Below, one piece after another: positions 7,462-10,702 of a stretch of DNA of 10,702 nt. The position numbers and the translations under genes were made by a program. This stretch comes from Candidatus Bipolaricaulia bacterium (GTDB taxonomy: Bacteria > Bipolaricaulota > Bipolaricaulia > JBHIAT01), in the NCBI GenBank assembly GCA_046758705.1, contig JBHIAT010000130.1:1-10702 (forward strand), written 5' to 3'. Under the pieces are notes generated by a model that saw nothing but the letters and a program-made list of their open reading frames with translations, was not told where the DNA came from and did not search any database. The stretch's first letter is position 1. Each line of letters starts with the position of its first letter.

Positions 7462-7490
7462 TTGCCAGTGCGCACAGTTATGATTATTAT
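7462..7490 (+). promoter_or_regulatory. Putative sigma70 promoter for the cyclase-STAND gene
   Basis: TTGCCA (7462-7467), 17-bp spacer, TATTAT (7485-7490), upstream of ATG 7564. Confidence 0.6.
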
Positions 7491-7563
7491 TAAGTATTAT
7501 ATGTAATGAAGTAAAGATAAATCAGGAGGTCAAACGCCGAATTCTTATAGGTAAAGCGATTCA

Positions 7564-10500
7564 ATGAACTGTCCTAATTGTCAGACGAGCAACCCCGCTG
7601 ATGCCAGCTTTTGTATGAAATGTGGCACCGCGCTGGTCGCTACCTGTCCCAACTGCGGGGCAGAGGTGCCCCCGGAGGCCCAGTTTTGTATCCAATGTGG
7701 TCACCGGCTGGCTGAACCCCAGGCCGACGCTGCACAGGACCGCCTCCAGCAATACATTCCCAAAGAGCTGCTCGCCAAGCTGGAATCCGCCCGCACCAGC
7801 GGCGGTATGCAGGGTGAACGGCGCGTCGTGACCATGCTTTTCTGCGACGTCCAAGGTTCCACCGTAGCGGCCGATCAACTCGATCCCGAAGAATGGGCCG
7901 AGATCATGAACGATGCCTTCGAGTACCTGATCGCACCGGTCTATCGCTATGAGGGAATCCTCGCCCGTCTGATGGGCGACGCCATTCTCGCCTTCTTCGG
8001 TGCGCCCATCGCTCATGAGGATGACCCTCAGCGGGCGGTGCTGGCCGGACTGGACATCGTCCAGGGCATTCACCCCTATCGTGAGCAGGTCAAACGTCAA
8101 TGGGATCTGGACTTCAACGTTAGAGTGGGCATCAACACCGGTCTGGTGGTGGTCGGAGAGGTTGGCACGGACCTGCGGGTGGAGTATACCGCCATGGGCG
8201 ACGCGGTGAACCTGGCAGCGCGCATGGAGCAAACGGCAGAGCCGGGCACCGTGCAGATCACGGAGGACACCCACAAGCTGATCGCGCCGTTGTTTGAGTT
8301 TGAAGACCTGGGCGGGATCGAGGTCAAGGGCAAGGATGAGCCGGTGCAGACCTATCGAGTGCTGCGTCCGAAAGCGGAACCCGGCCGGTTGCGCGGGATT
8401 GAAGGGCTGGAAGCCCCGCTGGTTGGCCGTGACCAGGAGTTGAACCGGCTCCGAGATGCGATTACCGCCCTGCGTCAAGGCCGTGGCCAGATCGTTTCGG
8501 TGATCGGCGAGGCCGGCCTGGGCAAATCACGGTTGATCGCTGAACTGCGTCAAGCGCTGTTTGCCGAGGTTGAGTCCGGTGAAGGTGCGGGCATTGCTAC
8601 TGAAACGACCATAGGTTGGTATGAAGGTCGTTCCCTGTCTTACGAATCCTCCACGCCATACGCGCCTTTCGTGGATTTACTGAGCCACTACTTCGGTTTG
8701 CAGGCTGAGCAGACGGATGCGGAAAAATACGACAACGTAAGAACGAAAATCGCGGAATTATTGTCCGATCGCGTCCCAGAAATCGCACCGTTCATCGCCA
8801 CACTGCTGGGGATTCAGCTCACCGGTGAGGACCTTGAACGGGTCAGATATCTTGAACCGCCGCAGTTACGCGACCGGGTGTTCCGCGCCATGCACGATTT
8901 TGTCCAGCAGTTGGCGGCCGTGCGGCCGCTTGTGCTCGTGTTCGAGGATTTGCACTGGAGTGATCCGACCTCGCTCGACCTGCTTGAGCAATTGATGCCG
9001 CTCACCGACCGTGAAATGCTGATGATCGCTGCTCTGTTTCGCCCGCAGCGACAGGAACCGTCGTGGCGGTTTCACGAAATCGCCACACGGGATTACACGC
9101 ACCGCTACACTTCGATTGTGCTTGAACCGTTGGACGAAGGCAATTCGCGCACGCTGGTGGCCAATCTGTTGCACGTCGAGGATTTGCCCGAACAGGTGCG
9201 CACGCTGATTTTGACCAAAGCGGAAGGCAATCCGTTTTTCGTTGAGGAAGTGATTCGTTCGTTGCTCGACGCGAAATTGGTCGTTCGGGAGAACTCGCAT
9301 TGGCGCGCGACGCGCGAGATCGAAAACATTGCCGTGCCGGATACGCTTGCAGGTGTGATCACCGCGCGACTGGATCGGCTCGACGAAGCGTCGAAACGTG
9401 TGGCGCAGACGGCATCGGTCATCGGTCGCCAGTTTGAATTCAACACGCTGACGGACGTTCACGAGACACCCCAGGTTTTAGACGAGGCACTGACGGATCT
9501 GCAGCGACGTGAATTGATCCGCGAAAAAAGTCGGATACCGCAGCAGGTTTATATGTTTAAGCACGCATTGACACAAGAGACTGCGTATGCTTCGCTGCTG
9601 TTGAGCAAGCGCCGTGAACTGCACCGGCGCGTCGCGGAGTGCCTGGAGCAGACAGACCCAGAGCGCGTGACCGACATCGCACGGCACTTTTTCGAGGCAC
9701 GGGAGCACGCCCGCGCGCTGCCCTGTCTGGTCGAAGCGGGAGATCGCGCAGCCCGTGCCTACTCGACGCCCGAGGCGATTGAGCTTTACATGCGGGCACT
9801 GGAGATCGTGCAAACGGTGAAAGATTTACCGTTGGCGCGGCGTGCGTTCGAGGGGTTGGGCGGTGCATTGGCGTTTGCGAACGATGTCCCACAAGCTGTA
9901 GAGACGTACCAGAAAATGCTTGAGTTCGCGAAAGCGCACGATGACATTCCGATGGAAGTTTCCGCACTGAACAAATTGGCGTTCGTTGTCGGGCTGCGGC
10001 TGGGTCAATTTCCGGAGGCCGTAAAACATCTGGACGACGCGGAACGTCTGGCGCGTGAGCACCACGATATCGGGGGACTTGCCGAGCTTCATATGATTCA
10101 ATGCAATTTCTGTACGGCGACCGCGGATTTTGAAGGTGCGGTGGATCATCTCAGTGAAGCAGCTCGGATCGGTCGCGAGTTAGACCTGGAAGAGCCGAAG
10201 CTGTACGGGCTGACCCACATTGCGAATACACAGACGTTTATGACACGTTTCGAAGACGCCTGGCAAACCGCAAACGAGGCACGCCAATTCGCCGAAGAGG
10301 TGGGCAATCGTCAGTACCTGTCTGAGCTTCTCACCTTTTCGATTCCGTCATACCATTTGCGCAACGGCGACCTGGATGCCGTATACCATGAAGCGGAAGA
10401 GGGTATGAACATGGCGACCCAAATCGGATCAGCGGCCTCTGAAGCTTCAGGTGCATATTTTCTTGGCAAGATCGCGTGGCTACAAGGGGAATACGAGCGA

Positions 10501-10702
10501 GCCATTGCGTATCAGCAGCGCGCGCTTCAAGTCGCGCGTATGGCAGGGATACCCTGGTATGAGGCGATGATATTGTGTGCATTGGGCACGGCCTATTTGG
10601 ATATCAGCCCAGAGCTCGTTGACCAGACGGCTGAATTTCACGCCCAGGCCCTGCAGGTGATGGAGCAACCCGGGGGCATCATATCAGGCGCGACCGCGTG
10701 GG
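7564..10702 (+). CDS. Double zinc ribbon, class III adenylate/guanylate cyclase, STAND (AAA_16-type) NTPase and TPR-like protein, partial (at least 1046 aa)
   Basis: Manual translation with no stop seen to the window end. Four CxxC motifs (CPNC, CMKC, CPNC, CIQC; 7570-7698). Cyclase motifs ERRVVTMLFCDVQGST, RLMGDAILAFFGAP, RVGINTG, YTAMGDAVNLAARME, VKGK. NTPase motifs LVGRDQE, Walker A GEAGLGKS (8506-8529), Walker B LVLVFEDLHWSD (8929-8964), GNPFF (from 9226), FKHAL (9556-9570). Ala/Leu-rich helical repeats follow. Missing from the ORF track because the stop codon lies outside the window. Confidence 0.95.
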   Translation, partial: MNCPNCQTSNPADASFCMKCGTALVATCPNCGAEVPPEAQFCIQCGHRLAEPQADAAQDRLQQYIPKELLAKLESARTSGGMQGERRVVTMLFCDVQGSTVAADQLDPEEWAEIMNDAFEYLIAPVYRYEGILARLMGDAILAFFGAPIAHEDDPQRAVLAGLDIVQGIHPYREQVKRQWDLDFNVRVGINTGLVVVGEVGTDLRVEYTAMGDAVNLAARMEQTAEPGTVQITEDTHKLIAPLFEFEDLGGIEVKGKDEPVQTYRVLRPKAEPGRLRGIEGLEAPLVGRDQELNRLRDAITALRQGRGQIVSVIGEAGLGKSRLIAELRQALFAEVESGEGAGIATETTIGWYEGRSLSYESSTPYAPFVDLLSHYFGLQAEQTDAEKYDNVRTKIAELLSDRVPEIAPFIATLLGIQLTGEDLERVRYLEPPQLRDRVFRAMHDFVQQLAAVRPLVLVFEDLHWSDPTSLDLLEQLMPLTDREMLMIAALFRPQRQEPSWRFHEIATRDYTHRYTSIVLEPLDEGNSRTLVANLLHVEDLPEQVRTLILTKAEGNPFFVEEVIRSLLDAKLVVRENSHWRATREIENIAVPDTLAGVITARLDRLDEASKRVAQTASVIGRQFEFNTLTDVHETPQVLDEALTDLQRRELIREKSRIPQQVYMFKHALTQETAYASLLLSKRRELHRRVAECLEQTDPERVTDIARHFFEAREHARALPCLVEAGDRAARAYSTPEAIELYMRALEIVQTVKDLPLARRAFEGLGGALAFANDVPQAVETYQKMLEFAKAHDDIPMEVSALNKLAFVVGLRLGQFPEAVKHLDDAERLAREHHDIGGLAELHMIQCNFCTATADFEGAVDHLSEAARIGRELDLEEPKLYGLTHIANTQTFMTRFEDAWQTANEARQFAEEVGNRQYLSELLTFSIPSYHLRNGDLDAVYHEAEEGMNMATQIGSAASEASGAYFLGKIAWLQGEYERAIAYQQRALQVARMAGIPWYEAMILCALGTAYLDISPELVDQTAEFHAQALQVMEQPGGIISGATAW

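Noticed and set aside
7480..7514. Tiny upstream ORFs (MIIIKYYM, ATG-TAA, MK) as leader peptides
   Set aside because: AT-rich promoter sequence without SD, overlapping the predicted -10, and no attenuator hairpin follows.
10102..10113. CNFC motif in the repeat region as a heme or metal site
   Set aside because: Not CxxCH, isolated, within a helical repeat of a predicted cytoplasmic protein.
7561..10668. Minus-strand ORFs of the track (7561-8478, 8866-9462 and others)
   Set aside because: Antisense shadows of the motif-rich plus-strand cyclase-STAND gene.
1..10702. CRISPR array, tRNA, rRNA, transposase, integrase or a recognised defence operon such as Pycsar or CBASS
   Set aside because: No repeat-spacer array, structural RNA signature or recombinase motif seen, and no cognate effector gene lies beside the cyclase within the window.

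Overview
Bacterial chromosomal window of moderately high GC, with two AT-richer intergenic stretches. The minus strand carries a peptide/nickel-type (Opp/Dpp/Nik) ABC importer locus in a non-standard form: substrate-binding protein (5836-7359), a 1042-aa fusion of an OppC-like permease with two OppD/OppF-like ATPases (2686-5814), an OppB-like permease (1736-2686) and an MFS transporter (483-1691). These are followed by a separately promoted, 3'-truncated HesB/IscA-fold small protein that lacks the first conserved Cys motif (1-233, possibly starting at 314). On the plus strand, divergent from the transporter and absent from the ORF track, is a large uninterrupted gene (7564 to the window end, at least 1046 aa) encoding a double zinc ribbon, class III nucleotide cyclase, STAND NTPase and TPR-like repeats. 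Sigma70-type promoters and several inverted repeats lie in the intergenic regions. I saw no rRNA, tRNA, CRISPR array or transposase. The individual families are known. The unusual aspects are architectural (triple fusion, gene order, Arg at a cyclase specificity position, dual in-frame starts), and I cannot claim a new system from sequence alone.
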